From NCBI GenBank assembly GCA_050008795.1, contig JBEKLX010000003.1, positions 1-49,532 on the forward strand: a DNA stretch of 49,532 bases, in the 5' to 3' direction. Made by a program: the position numbers and the translations under genes. Of this stretch, positions 38,573 to 47,941 are shown piece by piece. The stretch's first letter is position 1. Each line of letters starts with the position of its first letter. The notes under the pieces were generated by a model, which had not been told where the DNA came from, made no database searches, and was given only the letters and a program-made list of their open reading frames with translations. The DNA is from Verrucomicrobiia bacterium. GTDB lineage: Bacteria; Verrucomicrobiota; Verrucomicrobiia; Palsa-1439.

Positions 38573-40342
38573 CTAACGGTTTTCCTCAAGCAGCTGCAGG
38601 GCCTCCCGGTACTCCGACTTTGTCGGATTCAGCTCCACCGCGCGCCGCAACTCCTGAGAAACCTCGTTGGCTGGCCATCCCGCTGTTGCCAGGGCCATTG
38701 CCATGCGGTAATGATTCCTCGCCCGTAATGGATCGTTTTCCACTGCCTGCCGACAGTATTCCAGTCCCTCGGCAAACCGCCCCTCCGACACCAGCAACTC
38801 GCCCGCCGCGATTTTGTACAACGCATTTCGTGGCGCCAGCGCCGCCGCCCGCTCAGCAGCAGTGATCGCGGCCTGCCAATCCGTCCCGCAGTCGCGTGAT
38901 TCCCCGTAAGCCAGATTTGCTGCCAACATCCGCCCTTCAAACCATATCACCGCCGATAGCAGCCCAACAGAGACTGCTAACACGAGTGGTCTTCTGTGGT
39001 TAACCTCTTGTCTCACGTCTCCCTTCAGTCCCCGTAGAATCCCCAACAGTACAAACGCCGGCAACGCCACCCCCGGCGAGTACAAATCAAAATCCACCAG
39101 CCCGTGCACCACCCAACCCACCAGCGCCATGCACAACGCCACCGACACTGCGTCTCCGCGCCGCCGCGCCAACCGAAAGGCATCACCCAGTGCCACCACC
39201 CACAACGCCACGAACACTGTAAACGCCACCACGCCCGAGTCACACCACATTTCGAGATAATCGTTGTGCACCAACTGCGCTTCCTCGGTCGTTGCGGTCT
39301 TGTACTTCAGGTAAACCGATCCAAACGTTCCCGGCCCCGTCCCGAGCCACGGATAATCCTGCGCGATTCGCACTGCGCCATTCCAATAATCCAACCGCGC
39401 TTCCAGGCTGCTTCGTCCCCAATGCATCAACCCGCCTCGTTGCGCCGCGACGAACACAACGACCAACGCTATCACCACGATTACGCCAGCAACCATCGTG
39501 CGAACGATCCTTCGACCGCGCACCAAACAAAGCGTTCCCGCCACGGCTGCCGCCGCCAATGCGGCGAACCCACCCCTCGAACCCGTAAGAACCAGGCAAA
39601 GCATCATTATCCCACTCGCCAGTGCTATCCTGACGATCCGCCCAAGATTGGCGTGTTTTTGCCAAATACGAGCCAAGATCGGCGCAAACGCCACCACCAA
39701 GAATCCTGCGAACGCATTCGGATACGCCAGCGTTCCGAACACGCGGTTGCTCGTCATCCGCAACCGGAGATCGTCCGACAGCGATGACGAATCGAGATAT
39801 GCAGTTGCATACTCACGGGTCGCCGCGAACCCGCCAAACCGTTGCTGGAGCGCAACCAGGCACGCCACCGCAGTCGCTACTGTCAACGCGCCGAATACAA
39901 AATTTGCTGCCTTCTCGTCCCTCACCCAACGTGCTGCCGCATAGAACGCCACCACGCATGCTGCGAAATAGAGAAGCGTATCGAGCGATACTTGGAGGTT
40001 GATTGAGTTCGGTGTCGCGGCGATCTGGGTTAGCAACCAGAGCAACGGCAGCCACCACGCCGCATCGAATCGTCGTTTGGAGGGTTCCGCTCCGCTTGCC
40101 CTGATCCCGCAGTCGCGGGACGAAGGGTCAGAGCGGCAAATTGCGAACCATATCAACCCTGCGAAAACAAACATCACCAACAGCGGATTCGGCCATGGCG
40201 AGAACACCCATTCCCAGAGGTCGCGCGGCGCAGGAAAAAACGATTGCATGACCACCGGCGTGCTGAACTTCAACGGCGCGATAAGCACCAGCGCGCCCAG
40301 CACTGCCAAGGCCCAACGGCCCGCATTCTTGCTCGCATTCAC
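38573..40342 (-). CDS. O-antigen-ligase-family membrane protein with C-terminal TPRs
   Basis: RVFGTLAYPNAFAGFL, LTGSRGG, R...W, GTGPGTF, HNDYL, HGLVDF; GTGA overlap with the holB stop. Confidence 0.88.
   Translation of the reverse strand: MNASKNAGRWALAVLGALVLIAPLKFSTPVVMQSFFPAPRDLWEWVFSPWPNPLLVMFVFAGLIWFAICRSDPSSRDCGIRASGAEPSKRRFDAAWWLPLLWLLTQIAATPNSINLQVSLDTLLYFAACVVAFYAAARWVRDEKAANFVFGALTVATAVACLVALQQRFGGFAATREYATAYLDSSSLSDDLRLRMTSNRVFGTLAYPNAFAGFLVVAFAPILARIWQKHANLGRIVRIALASGIMMLCLVLTGSRGGFAALAAAAVAGTLCLVRGRRIVRTMVAGVIVVIALVVVFVAAQRGGLMHWGRSSLEARLDYWNGAVRIAQDYPWLGTGPGTFGSVYLKYKTATTEEAQLVHNDYLEMWCDSGVVAFTVFVALWVVALGDAFRLARRRGDAVSVALCMALVGWVVHGLVDFDLYSPGVALPAFVLLGILRGLKGDVRQEVNHRRPLVLAVSVGLLSAVIWFEGRMLAANLAYGESRDCGTDWQAAITAAERAAALAPRNALYKIAAGELLVSEGRFAEGLEYCRQAVENDPLRARNHYRMAMALATAGWPANEVSQELRRAVELNPTKSEYREALQLLEENR
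38883..38900. repeat. 18-bp palindromic insertion (SRDCG peptide), copy 2 in the O-antigen-ligase-like gene
   Basis: gtcccgcagtcgcgtgat flanked by tcc...tcc 21 nt apart. Confidence 0.55.
40078..40136. repeat. composite palindromic insertion (SRDCG peptide), copy 1 in the O-antigen-ligase-like gene
   Basis: atcccgcagtcgcgggac (40104-40121) nested in ccctg...gaaggg; extra loop RSDPSSRDCGIRASGAEPS between TM helices. Confidence 0.6.
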
Positions 40343-41349
40343 TGGGATAATTCGAGCAGACCTACTTCGAGCGCGAGAGGCTCGGAGATGTTGCCGCCGA
40401 GCGCGTCGCGGACTTGCTCGATGGCGTCGAGGTTGGCCGTAGCCTGCGGATAGGTCAGCCGATCCGCCACTGCGTGCAATGTGCCGGCCTGCTCGGGATG
40501 CGCAAGCAACTCCTCGTCGGCCCCAGTAACGCACAGTAGCACGTCGCTGAACCAGGCGTACAATTCCTCCAAAACCTTCTCGCGTGCTGCGCGGTATTCG
40601 CCTTCGATTCGCGCTTCCATTTGATTGTTGAGCTTCTCTCGTACTTTCGGCTCGAGTTCCTCATAGCGGTCGAGGTTCGTTTCCGCCTCAACCCGCTGTC
40701 GAATTTCGTTTTGAATCTGACGTAACACAGCCGTTAGATCGGCCAGCAGTTGGTATGCGTTGACCAGACGCTGGCCGTCTGCAGTACTGAACTTTGCCAG
40801 TAGTGGCAGCAACTGCGTCCGGTACGGCGCCGTCGCGAGTGCGCCGCGCGATCCGAAAGAGATTTTCAGGCAGCGCGAGAGAATTGTCGGCAACAACCGT
40901 TGCGGCTCGGCGGTGAGCAGAATGATGATTGTCTGCGCGGGCGGTTCCTCGAGCGTTTTCAGGAACGCGTTGCTCGCCTCCTTGCCCAGGCAATCGGCGT
41001 CCACCAGCACGCCGACCTTCACACGTCCGAGGGACGGCTTGAGGTTCACGGCGTTCTCGAACTCGCGGATTTGTTCGACGGTGATCCGACGACTCTTCGA
41101 TTCGGGCCGCACCCAATAGACGTCAGGGTGCACGCCGTCGTCGATGCGGCGACAGGAATCGCATGAGTCGCAGCAATCGTGCGTCTTCTTCAAACAATTG
41201 AGCGCCTTTGCCAGCGTGCGCGCCATCGCTTCCTTGTCGCTCCCGTGCGGCCCGTGAAACAGGTACGCGTGCGCCAACCGTCCGCGTTTCAGGCTCCGCT
41301 GCAGTTGCCCGGCGATCAACGGCTGCTCGTTGTGGTCGTTAAAGGACAC
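40339..41349 (-). CDS. holB: DNA polymerase III subunit delta-prime
   Basis: HAYLFHGP, C..C.SC Zn site, HPDV, NAFLKTLEEPP, LLPTILSRC; directly after tmk. Confidence 0.93.
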   Translation of the reverse strand: MSFNDHNEQPLIAGQLQRSLKRGRLAHAYLFHGPHGSDKEAMARTLAKALNCLKKTHDCCDSCDSCRRIDDGVHPDVYWVRPESKSRRITVEQIREFENAVNLKPSLGRVKVGVLVDADCLGKEASNAFLKTLEEPPAQTIIILLTAEPQRLLPTILSRCLKISFGSRGALATAPYRTQLLPLLAKFSTADGQRLVNAYQLLADLTAVLRQIQNEIRQRVEAETNLDRYEELEPKVREKLNNQMEARIEGEYRAAREKVLEELYAWFSDVLLCVTGADEELLAHPEQAGTLHAVADRLTYPQATANLDAIEQVRDALGGNISEPLALEVGLLELSQ

Positions 41350-42007
41350 GCTGCACCAGGTTCCAGACTTGCTCCTCAATGGCCTCCATTGATTGGTTGC
41401 CGTCAACGACTTTCACGCGATGCGGTTCCTGTTTCGCAAGGTCCAAATAACCTTTCTGAACGCGCCTGAAGAACTCCCAGTCAGCGTTTTCCATACGGTC
41501 GAACAGTTCTCCATTTTGTGACGGGCGGTTCAAGAATGCTTGTTCGGCTGCCCGGGTGCGCGCTCGCTTAAGGCCAATGACAGGGTCGATGTCGATGACT
41601 ATCGTCAGATCCGGAACGCAACTATTCACCGCAAACTCGTTGATGGCGGCAACCACGCGTTGATCCAACTGCCGCGCAAAACCCTGGTAAACAGTCGTGG
41701 AATCGTGAAACCGATCTGACACCACGATTTCTCCGCGACGTAACGCAGGAACAATCATCTCGCGAACAAGCTGGGCACGGCTGGCGCAAAAGAGCAGCAA
41801 TTCTGTTTCTGCCACCAACGGTTTTGCTTTGTAGCTGAACTTCACAATGTGCCGGATCTGATCTCCAACATCGGTGCCGCCCGGCTCACAGGTCGTTCGA
41901 ACGGCATGACCTTGCTTAAGAAGGCGCTCGGCCAGTCTTTCCACTTGCGTGGACTTGCCACAGCCTTCCCCGCCCTCAAACGTAATGAATTTACCTTTTC
42001 GCGCCAT
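41339..42007 (-). CDS. tmk: thymidylate kinase
   Basis: FITFEGGEGCGKSTQ, EPGG, SRAQ, DRF.DST..YQG, PDLT. Confidence 0.96.
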   Translation of the reverse strand: MARKGKFITFEGGEGCGKSTQVERLAERLLKQGHAVRTTCEPGGTDVGDQIRHIVKFSYKAKPLVAETELLLFCASRAQLVREMIVPALRRGEIVVSDRFHDSTTVYQGFARQLDQRVVAAINEFAVNSCVPDLTIVIDIDPVIGLKRARTRAAEQAFLNRPSQNGELFDRMENADWEFFRRVQKGYLDLAKQEPHRVKVVDGNQSMEAIEEQVWNLVQRVL

Positions 42008-42056
42008 TTCTGGGATGATTCCACCCAATGTTAGCCTTCGATCCGGCATGGGTCAA

Positions 42057-42084
42057 GGCTTGCTCCGAAGTCTTTCGGGGCTTG
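42057..42084. repeat. intergenic CCCCGA-family hairpin with flanking duplication
   Basis: ggcttg-ctccgaagtctttcgg-ggcttg; 6-nt direct repeat 22 nt apart. Confidence 0.6.
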
Positions 42085-42130
42085 GCACTCGGTCTGCAAA
42101 TGTTTCCGCGCGCCGTCGCAACAAGAACTG

Positions 42131-42709
42131 CTACCCCGCCTGCAGCCCGAGGCGAATCATATGGATGGCGATTGCCACCAGCAGCAGCGCGACGATCTTC
42201 GAAATCGCCCGCAACCCGTTCATGCCAACCCAGCCAGCCAGTCGTTCGCTGTAGCGCAATGCAACAACCACCAGCAGCAGATTGACCAGCAACGCGGCCA
42301 GCGTGAACCCGAGACCCACGGTATCCAAAAGAATCAGCAGCGTCGTCAGAGTGGCAGGGCCTACAATCAACGGCAAGCCCAGTGGCACCACGCCAAAGTC
42401 TCCGCCCACGTGCGGCATTTTCCGCTCGGGGAACAGCAGGTCGCGCGACGCCACGCCGACGAGTACCAACCCCCCTGCAATCTGGAAATCGGCCACCGTG
42501 ATGCCCAACGCACGGAAGATCACCTTGCCCAGAAACATGAAACCGACAGCAACCAGTGCTGCGGTCCATGCCGCCTGCTGCGCGATGCGCCGGCGATAAG
42601 CCAGCCCCGCATCCTCGGTCATCGCCAGGAAAATCGGCACGATCCCAATGGGATCAATCGCCACGAACAACGGCACCCACGCCAGAAGGAATTTCGCCCA
42701 AATTTCCAT
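42131..42709 (-). CDS. MarC-family membrane protein
   Basis: LFVAIDPIG.VP.F, F.IAGG, VVPL..PLIVGP. Confidence 0.92.
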   Translation of the reverse strand: MEIWAKFLLAWVPLFVAIDPIGIVPIFLAMTEDAGLAYRRRIAQQAAWTAALVAVGFMFLGKVIFRALGITVADFQIAGGLVLVGVASRDLLFPERKMPHVGGDFGVVPLGLPLIVGPATLTTLLILLDTVGLGFTLAALLVNLLLVVVALRYSERLAGWVGMNGLRAISKIVALLLVAIAIHMIRLGLQAG

Positions 42710-42920
42710 GATCGCCGTCCTCCACACACACTTTGCCGTAAAACGCCGTCGCGCGCAACCCTTGATAGAGCGAGCCAGCCGGCATGCGCGCCGTTCTTTG
42801 TCGGCAATTTATTTTTGCCACTCTTGCAGTCGCCGGGTGACGCGGTGATGCGCTGGATCCGCCGCAACGAGTTTTTCTCTTTGCGCAGCTCGAGGAGCGC
42901 GTGTAGTTTACAGGATATTG

Positions 42921-43607
42921 ATGAAAGATTTTTTGATTTTGACGTTGAATACCTGCAAGTTGCTTCTAATCCAAGCCGCCGAGATCGTCCGCAAATGGTT
43001 TTTGCTCTGGATCTTCCTCGGACTGGCCATGCTGGTGGGGGCGGTCATCTTGTATCCCCATGATGCGTCGATGTCCGCGCAGTGCGTGAAGGCTCGTCAC
43101 GGAATCACAGCCCGAATCGCCACGCAACTCAGCATTTGGGGTGACTACCGTACCGGGACGCTGATTCTTTTCGTTACGATCTGGCTCGCCGGTCTGATCG
43201 GCAAACGAAAAGAATGGCAGGTGGCGGCGCTGGCCGTCCTGTTCGCCGCGACCTTGGCCGGTGTTGAGGTGTATGCTCCACGGCTGCTGCTTGGGCGCGC
43301 CCGACCTAACTCCGGTTTACAGGACGGTTTCTACGGACCGAGCCTTAAATATAAATACAACAGTTTTCCATCGGGACACGCTACAACTTCCTCCGCCACA
43401 GCCGCGGCGTTGGTGGTGGCATTACCGCCCGTGGGCGTGCCTGTGCTCATCGGGGCTGCGGGTGTGATTTGGTCGCGGCTGTGTCTGGGAGTGCATTATC
43501 CGACCGACATATGGGTCGGAGGCTGGATTGGGGCGTTGAACGGAATCGTGCTCGGTTTGGCGGCGCGTCGACTCCGCACTAAGGTCGATGGTAAACCCGC
43601 AACGTGA
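42921..43607 (+). CDS. PAP2-family membrane phosphatase
   Basis: R.L.GRARP, SFPSGH, SR..LGVHYPTD. Confidence 0.9.
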   Translation: MKDFLILTLNTCKLLLIQAAEIVRKWFLLWIFLGLAMLVGAVILYPHDASMSAQCVKARHGITARIATQLSIWGDYRTGTLILFVTIWLAGLIGKRKEWQVAALAVLFAATLAGVEVYAPRLLLGRARPNSGLQDGFYGPSLKYKYNSFPSGHATTSSATAAALVVALPPVGVPVLIGAAGVIWSRLCLGVHYPTDIWVGGWIGALNGIVLGLAARRLRTKVDGKPAT

Positions 43608-45276
43608 TCCACTTACCGCCGGTCACAACGAAACCGTCAACAATGGATTCCTTGTAACTTTCCGATGAAATCTGCGCCAGTTCCGTGGCGCAGTTGACTC
43701 CTTCGAGCTTCTCTTGCGCGCCTCGCCAGCGCCAGCGGAAATAATCTTGAAATCGAATCTCCCGTTCCACGCACACCGCAAGTCGCGGCCCAGGTTCCGC
43801 CATGAAATCCTTGAGTTTCTCCGCAGTGCCCAGCGGCTGCCACTGATGATTTGAGTAGAAAACGAGACTCGGCTCCATAAAACGGTAACCGCCATACGCC
43901 GTGTCGGGGGGCATCTGCTGGAACAGCCCCTGCAACCGCACTGCCGGCGTCACCGCGCGTAGGCCGTTGGCCAACCAGACCGTCGCACACGCCACCACCA
44001 GCAACGGCACCACCGAAGCTGACACACAGCCGAACCGCCAGAGTATCGCTAGTACGATCAGCGCCAGGACGATGCAACCCAAACCCGCCAACGCGCTACG
44101 TAGCGGGCTGTATGACTCGCCCGCCGGGATTCGGAATGCTTCCATCAGCACCACGCCGGCGATCAGCGCGCCCAACAGCAGCACCGCCCAGAACCAAACA
44201 GACGTCCACCGTGACGTTGTGACTTGTGGCTGCGCAAGTTGGCCGATGATCAGGAAGAATGCAGGGAATGACGGCATCACGTAGTGCGGCAACTTGGTGG
44301 TGTAAAAACTGAACAACAGATATGTGCCGACCAGCCACGAAATCAGAAACGCGTTCCGCGAGTTCCAGTTCCGCCGCACTGTTGCTGCGCCGCTGCCCGC
44401 AAAAGCAATCCACGGGAACAAGCTCAGCAGGGCTGTCAACAGATAGTAGAATAAAAAACCGCTGTGGCCCTGAAAGGTTTTGTAGCCGCGTTCGACCACG
44501 TGCTCGCCAACGCCGACCTTGAAGAACAGACCGTGTGTGCGTAGCAAGGCCGGGATGCCCCATGCGCCGATGATAAGCAGCAGCAGCGGCAGCCCCAGTT
44601 CTAGCCGCAGATTGCGCCAGCGCAACGGTTGACGCCAGAAAACGAACCGGTACATCAGGACGGTCAGCAGCGGCACCACCAATGTGACGGGGCCTTTTGC
44701 AAGAAACCCGACGCCCAGGGCGCCATACAGCAGCAGGAACCATCGGCGCGGATGTTCCGGTCGTTCGGTGTGCAACAGTTCAAACACAGTGTAGTGCGCC
44801 ACCGTCGCGCCCAGGACCATCGGCATATCCGCCAGTGCGCCGCGTCCGTGCTGGAGCAACTGTACGCATGTGACGAACCCGAACCCTGCGAACACGCCGC
44901 AAGCGGCACTAAACCACCGCCGGCCCATGTGCCACAACAACCACGCCATCGCCGCAGCACACAATACCGACGGCAACCGCGCACTGAACTCGTTGACGCC
45001 GAATCCCAGATAACTCAGCCGCATCAGCCAGTAGATCAAGACCGGTTTGTCGAAACGATATTGACCGTTGAAATATGGCACTACCCAGTCATCGCGCGCC
45101 ATCATCTCGCGCGTTGCCTCGGCGAACCGCGGTTCATCGCGATCGAGCAGGGGAATCGTCCCTGAACCGGGTAGCAGCACCACGAGCGCCACGAGCATCA
45201 ATAGCAGCGGCGCGACCCGCTGGATACGCGGACTGCCCAACCGTGCCGCGAGATTTGAAAATGAAACCATACTCAC
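43579..45276 (-). CDS. ArnT/PMT-like (GT-C) glycosyltransferase
   Basis: DRDEPRFAEATREM, RFDKP.L.YW, EFSARLPS, LAKGPV, TKLPHY..P; GTG overlaps the dctA stop. Confidence 0.9.
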   Translation of the reverse strand: MSMVSFSNLAARLGSPRIQRVAPLLLMLVALVVLLPGSGTIPLLDRDEPRFAEATREMMARDDWVVPYFNGQYRFDKPVLIYWLMRLSYLGFGVNEFSARLPSVLCAAAMAWLLWHMGRRWFSAACGVFAGFGFVTCVQLLQHGRGALADMPMVLGATVAHYTVFELLHTERPEHPRRWFLLLYGALGVGFLAKGPVTLVVPLLTVLMYRFVFWRQPLRWRNLRLELGLPLLLLIIGAWGIPALLRTHGLFFKVGVGEHVVERGYKTFQGHSGFLFYYLLTALLSLFPWIAFAGSGAATVRRNWNSRNAFLISWLVGTYLLFSFYTTKLPHYVMPSFPAFFLIIGQLAQPQVTTSRWTSVWFWAVLLLGALIAGVVLMEAFRIPAGESYSPLRSALAGLGCIVLALIVLAILWRFGCVSASVVPLLVVACATVWLANGLRAVTPAVRLQGLFQQMPPDTAYGGYRFMEPSLVFYSNHQWQPLGTAEKLKDFMAEPGPRLAVCVEREIRFQDYFRWRWRGAQEKLEGVNCATELAQISSESYKESIVDGFVVTGGKWITLRVYHRP

Positions 45277-46568
45277 AAATCGGTCTGCAATTCGTTGACC
45301 TCGCCATTGAGAACAGCAGCGGCCCGCTTCGCATCAAAAGCCTTTTCCCATCGGGCCACAACGATGGTGGCGATGCCATTGCCAATCAGGTTGGTCACCG
45401 CCCGCGCGGCATTGACGAAGCGGTCAATCCCGACCAGCAACACCAGGCCGGCAACAGGTATCTTGTCCATCGAAGCCAATGTCGCAGCGAGCGCGATGAA
45501 CCCGGCACCGGCCACTCCGGCCGACCCCTTGGAGGTGAACAGACAAACTCCCAGAACGAGAAGCTGCTCTCCAATCGTCAAGGGAGTGTTGGTTGCCTGG
45601 GCGACGAAGATCGCCCCCATCGTCAGATAGATGGACGAACCGTCGGCGTTGAAGGTGTAGCCGGCGGGCAGCACCAGGCCCACGACCGGTTTGGCGCAAC
45701 CCAGTTGTTCCAGCTTGACCATCATTCGCGGCAGCACGGCTTCCGATGAAGCTGTGGCGAAGGTGATCAGGATTTCATCCTTGAAGAACTTGAGATATTT
45801 CCAGAGCGAGATGCGGTTCATCCAGGCGATGACGCCGAGGACCAGGAAGATAAAGATCGCGCTCGTGAGATAGACGCCGCCAATCAGCTTGCCGAAGTGG
45901 CCCAGGGTGCCGACGCCGTATTTCCCGATGGTGAAGGCCATGGCTCCGAATGCTGCCAGCGGGGCCAGATACATGACAAAATGCACGATGCCGAACAGAC
46001 CGTGCAGGACGGAGTCAATCACCTCCACGATCACTTTTCCCCGGTTGGGAAGCTGCGCCAAAGCCAGCCCGAACAACACCGAAACCAGAATAATCTGCAG
46101 CATGTTGCCTTTGACAAAAGCATCCGCAAAGCTGGAAGGGATGATGTCCATGAAGAAACTGACGGTGTCCTGTTGTTTGGCGGCCGTGGTGTAGGTGGCA
46201 AGTGATTTGGCGTCCAGCGTGGAGGCATCAATGTTCATCCCGACTCCCGGTTTCATTACGTTCACCACCACGAGCCCGATGACGAGCGCCATGGTCGAAA
46301 CGATTTCGAAATAGACCAGCGCCTTGATGCCGACCCGGCCCACTTCCTTCAGGTTTCCCATCTTCGCAATGCCGACGACAACCGTGCCGAAGATGATCGG
46401 CGCGAGCAGCATCTTGATGAGCTTGATGAAACCGTCGCCGAGCGGCTTGAGCGTTTCGCCGAAGCCAGGAAAGTAATAGCCGACGACGATGCCCAGCAGG
46501 AAGCCGAGGAGCACTTGAAAGTAAAGCTGACCGAAAATGCCTCTCGTTTTGCCTTTGACTTTGTCCAT
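45273..46568 (-). CDS. dctA: C4-dicarboxylate:H+ symporter (DAACS family)
   Basis: LYFQVL, KPLGDGFIKLIKM, T.SSE..LP, GYTFN.DG, SKG.AGV.G, GIDRF. Confidence 0.93.
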   Translation of the reverse strand: MDKVKGKTRGIFGQLYFQVLLGFLLGIVVGYYFPGFGETLKPLGDGFIKLIKMLLAPIIFGTVVVGIAKMGNLKEVGRVGIKALVYFEIVSTMALVIGLVVVNVMKPGVGMNIDASTLDAKSLATYTTAAKQQDTVSFFMDIIPSSFADAFVKGNMLQIILVSVLFGLALAQLPNRGKVIVEVIDSVLHGLFGIVHFVMYLAPLAAFGAMAFTIGKYGVGTLGHFGKLIGGVYLTSAIFIFLVLGVIAWMNRISLWKYLKFFKDEILITFATASSEAVLPRMMVKLEQLGCAKPVVGLVLPAGYTFNADGSSIYLTMGAIFVAQATNTPLTIGEQLLVLGVCLFTSKGSAGVAGAGFIALAATLASMDKIPVAGLVLLVGIDRFVNAARAVTNLIGNGIATIVVARWEKAFDAKRAAAVLNGEVNELQTDL

Positions 46569-46582
46569 GACTGTTCTGTCGT

Positions 46583-47749
46583 TCAGTCGCTGAGCGATTT
46601 CATCAGCTTGAAGAGTTCGGCTTTGGTTTCGAAACCTATACCAGGAACATCCGGCAAACCCACATATCCATTCTCAACCGCAATGTCGTCAGCGAATCCG
46701 CCAAATGGCTGGAAAACACCCGGATAAGACTCATTACCGCCGAGATGCAGTCCGGCGGCCAGATTGAGCGACATCTGATGACCACCGTGGGGTACGACCC
46801 GCCGCGTTGACCAGTCATGCTGTTTCAGGACCTCCAACGTGCGCAGGTATTCAACCAGGCCGTAGGACAGCGCACAATCAAATTGCAGCCAATCGCGTTC
46901 GGGATTCATGCCGCCGTACCGGATCAAGTTGCGGGCATCCTGATGCGAGAACAGATTCTCGCCCGTCGCCATCGGCAACTTGTAATGCTTCGACAACTCG
47001 GCCTGTAATGCATAGTCGAGCGGATCACCAGCTTCTTCGTACCAAAACAGGCCGTAAGGTTTCATCGCCTCGCCGTAGGCGATGGCGGTATCCAGATCAA
47101 AGAGGCCATTGGCATCCACCGCCAGGAATTTTCCGTCGCCCACCACCTCCAGCACCGCTTCGATGCGACGAATGTCGTCGGCGAGCGGAACGCCGCCGAT
47201 CTTCATTTTAACGACCTGATAGCCGAGGTCGCGGTAGCCCTTCATCTCCTTCTTGAGAGCTGTCATATCTTTCCCCGGATAATAGTAACCGCCGGCTGCG
47301 TAGATCCACACTTTCGAGTCGGCTTTGCCGCCACGGTACCGGTCAGCGAGCAGACGGAAGAGCGGCTTTCCCGCAATCTTGGCGACCGCATCCCAGACCG
47401 CCATGTCAATCGTCCCCACGGCAACTGATCGTTCGCCATGACCGCCCGGTTTTTCGTTCTTCATGAGCGTACTCCAGATGCGGAACGGGTCCAAATTTTC
47501 GCCCGTCTCGTCCACCAGCTTCTCGGGATCGGCGGCCATGAGGCGCGGGAAGAACCGTTCGCGCATCAACGCTCCCTGGCCGTACCGTCCGTTGGAATTG
47601 AAACCGTAACCAACAACCGGTTTGCCGCCCCGCCTGACATCGGTGATCAACGCGACGACCGAGCATGTCATCTTTGAAAAATCGATGTATGCATTGGTAA
47701 TCGCAGAAGCGATGGAGACTGTCTTTTCCCGGATTTCAACAATTCGCAT
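46583..47749 (-). CDS. tarD: D-tartrate-dehydratase-like enzyme (mandelate racemase subgroup)
   Basis: NAYIDFSKM, GYGFNSNGRY, NEKPGGHGERSVAVG, YAAGGYY, KMK, WYEE, ATGEN, PHGGHQ as in the Bradyrhizobium TarD family. Confidence 0.85.
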   Translation of the reverse strand: MRIVEIREKTVSIASAITNAYIDFSKMTCSVVALITDVRRGGKPVVGYGFNSNGRYGQGALMRERFFPRLMAADPEKLVDETGENLDPFRIWSTLMKNEKPGGHGERSVAVGTIDMAVWDAVAKIAGKPLFRLLADRYRGGKADSKVWIYAAGGYYYPGKDMTALKKEMKGYRDLGYQVVKMKIGGVPLADDIRRIEAVLEVVGDGKFLAVDANGLFDLDTAIAYGEAMKPYGLFWYEEAGDPLDYALQAELSKHYKLPMATGENLFSHQDARNLIRYGGMNPERDWLQFDCALSYGLVEYLRTLEVLKQHDWSTRRVVPHGGHQMSLNLAAGLHLGGNESYPGVFQPFGGFADDIAVENGYVGLPDVPGIGFETKAELFKLMKSLSD

Positions 47750-47809
47750 TTCAGATCTCCCGAACCAAACAGATTTCTTCAAAAGAAGACGAGGAGTTTC
47801 ATAGCGCGG

Positions 47810-47833
47810 TTTGAACTTGGGTTAAAGTTCAAA
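47810..47833. promoter_or_regulatory. operator-like palindrome upstream of tarD
   Basis: tttgaactt-gggtta-aagttcaaa (perfect 9-6-9). Confidence 0.55.
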
Positions 47834-47941
47834 ATTTTGCCTGCCGACGACTTCGCGTGCGGCATTTCGCTGGCGCTTGTGTTTCGAGTTCGCTGTGATA
47901 AAATTGAACATTAACCACTTAAAACGTGGTAAAGAAACGTG

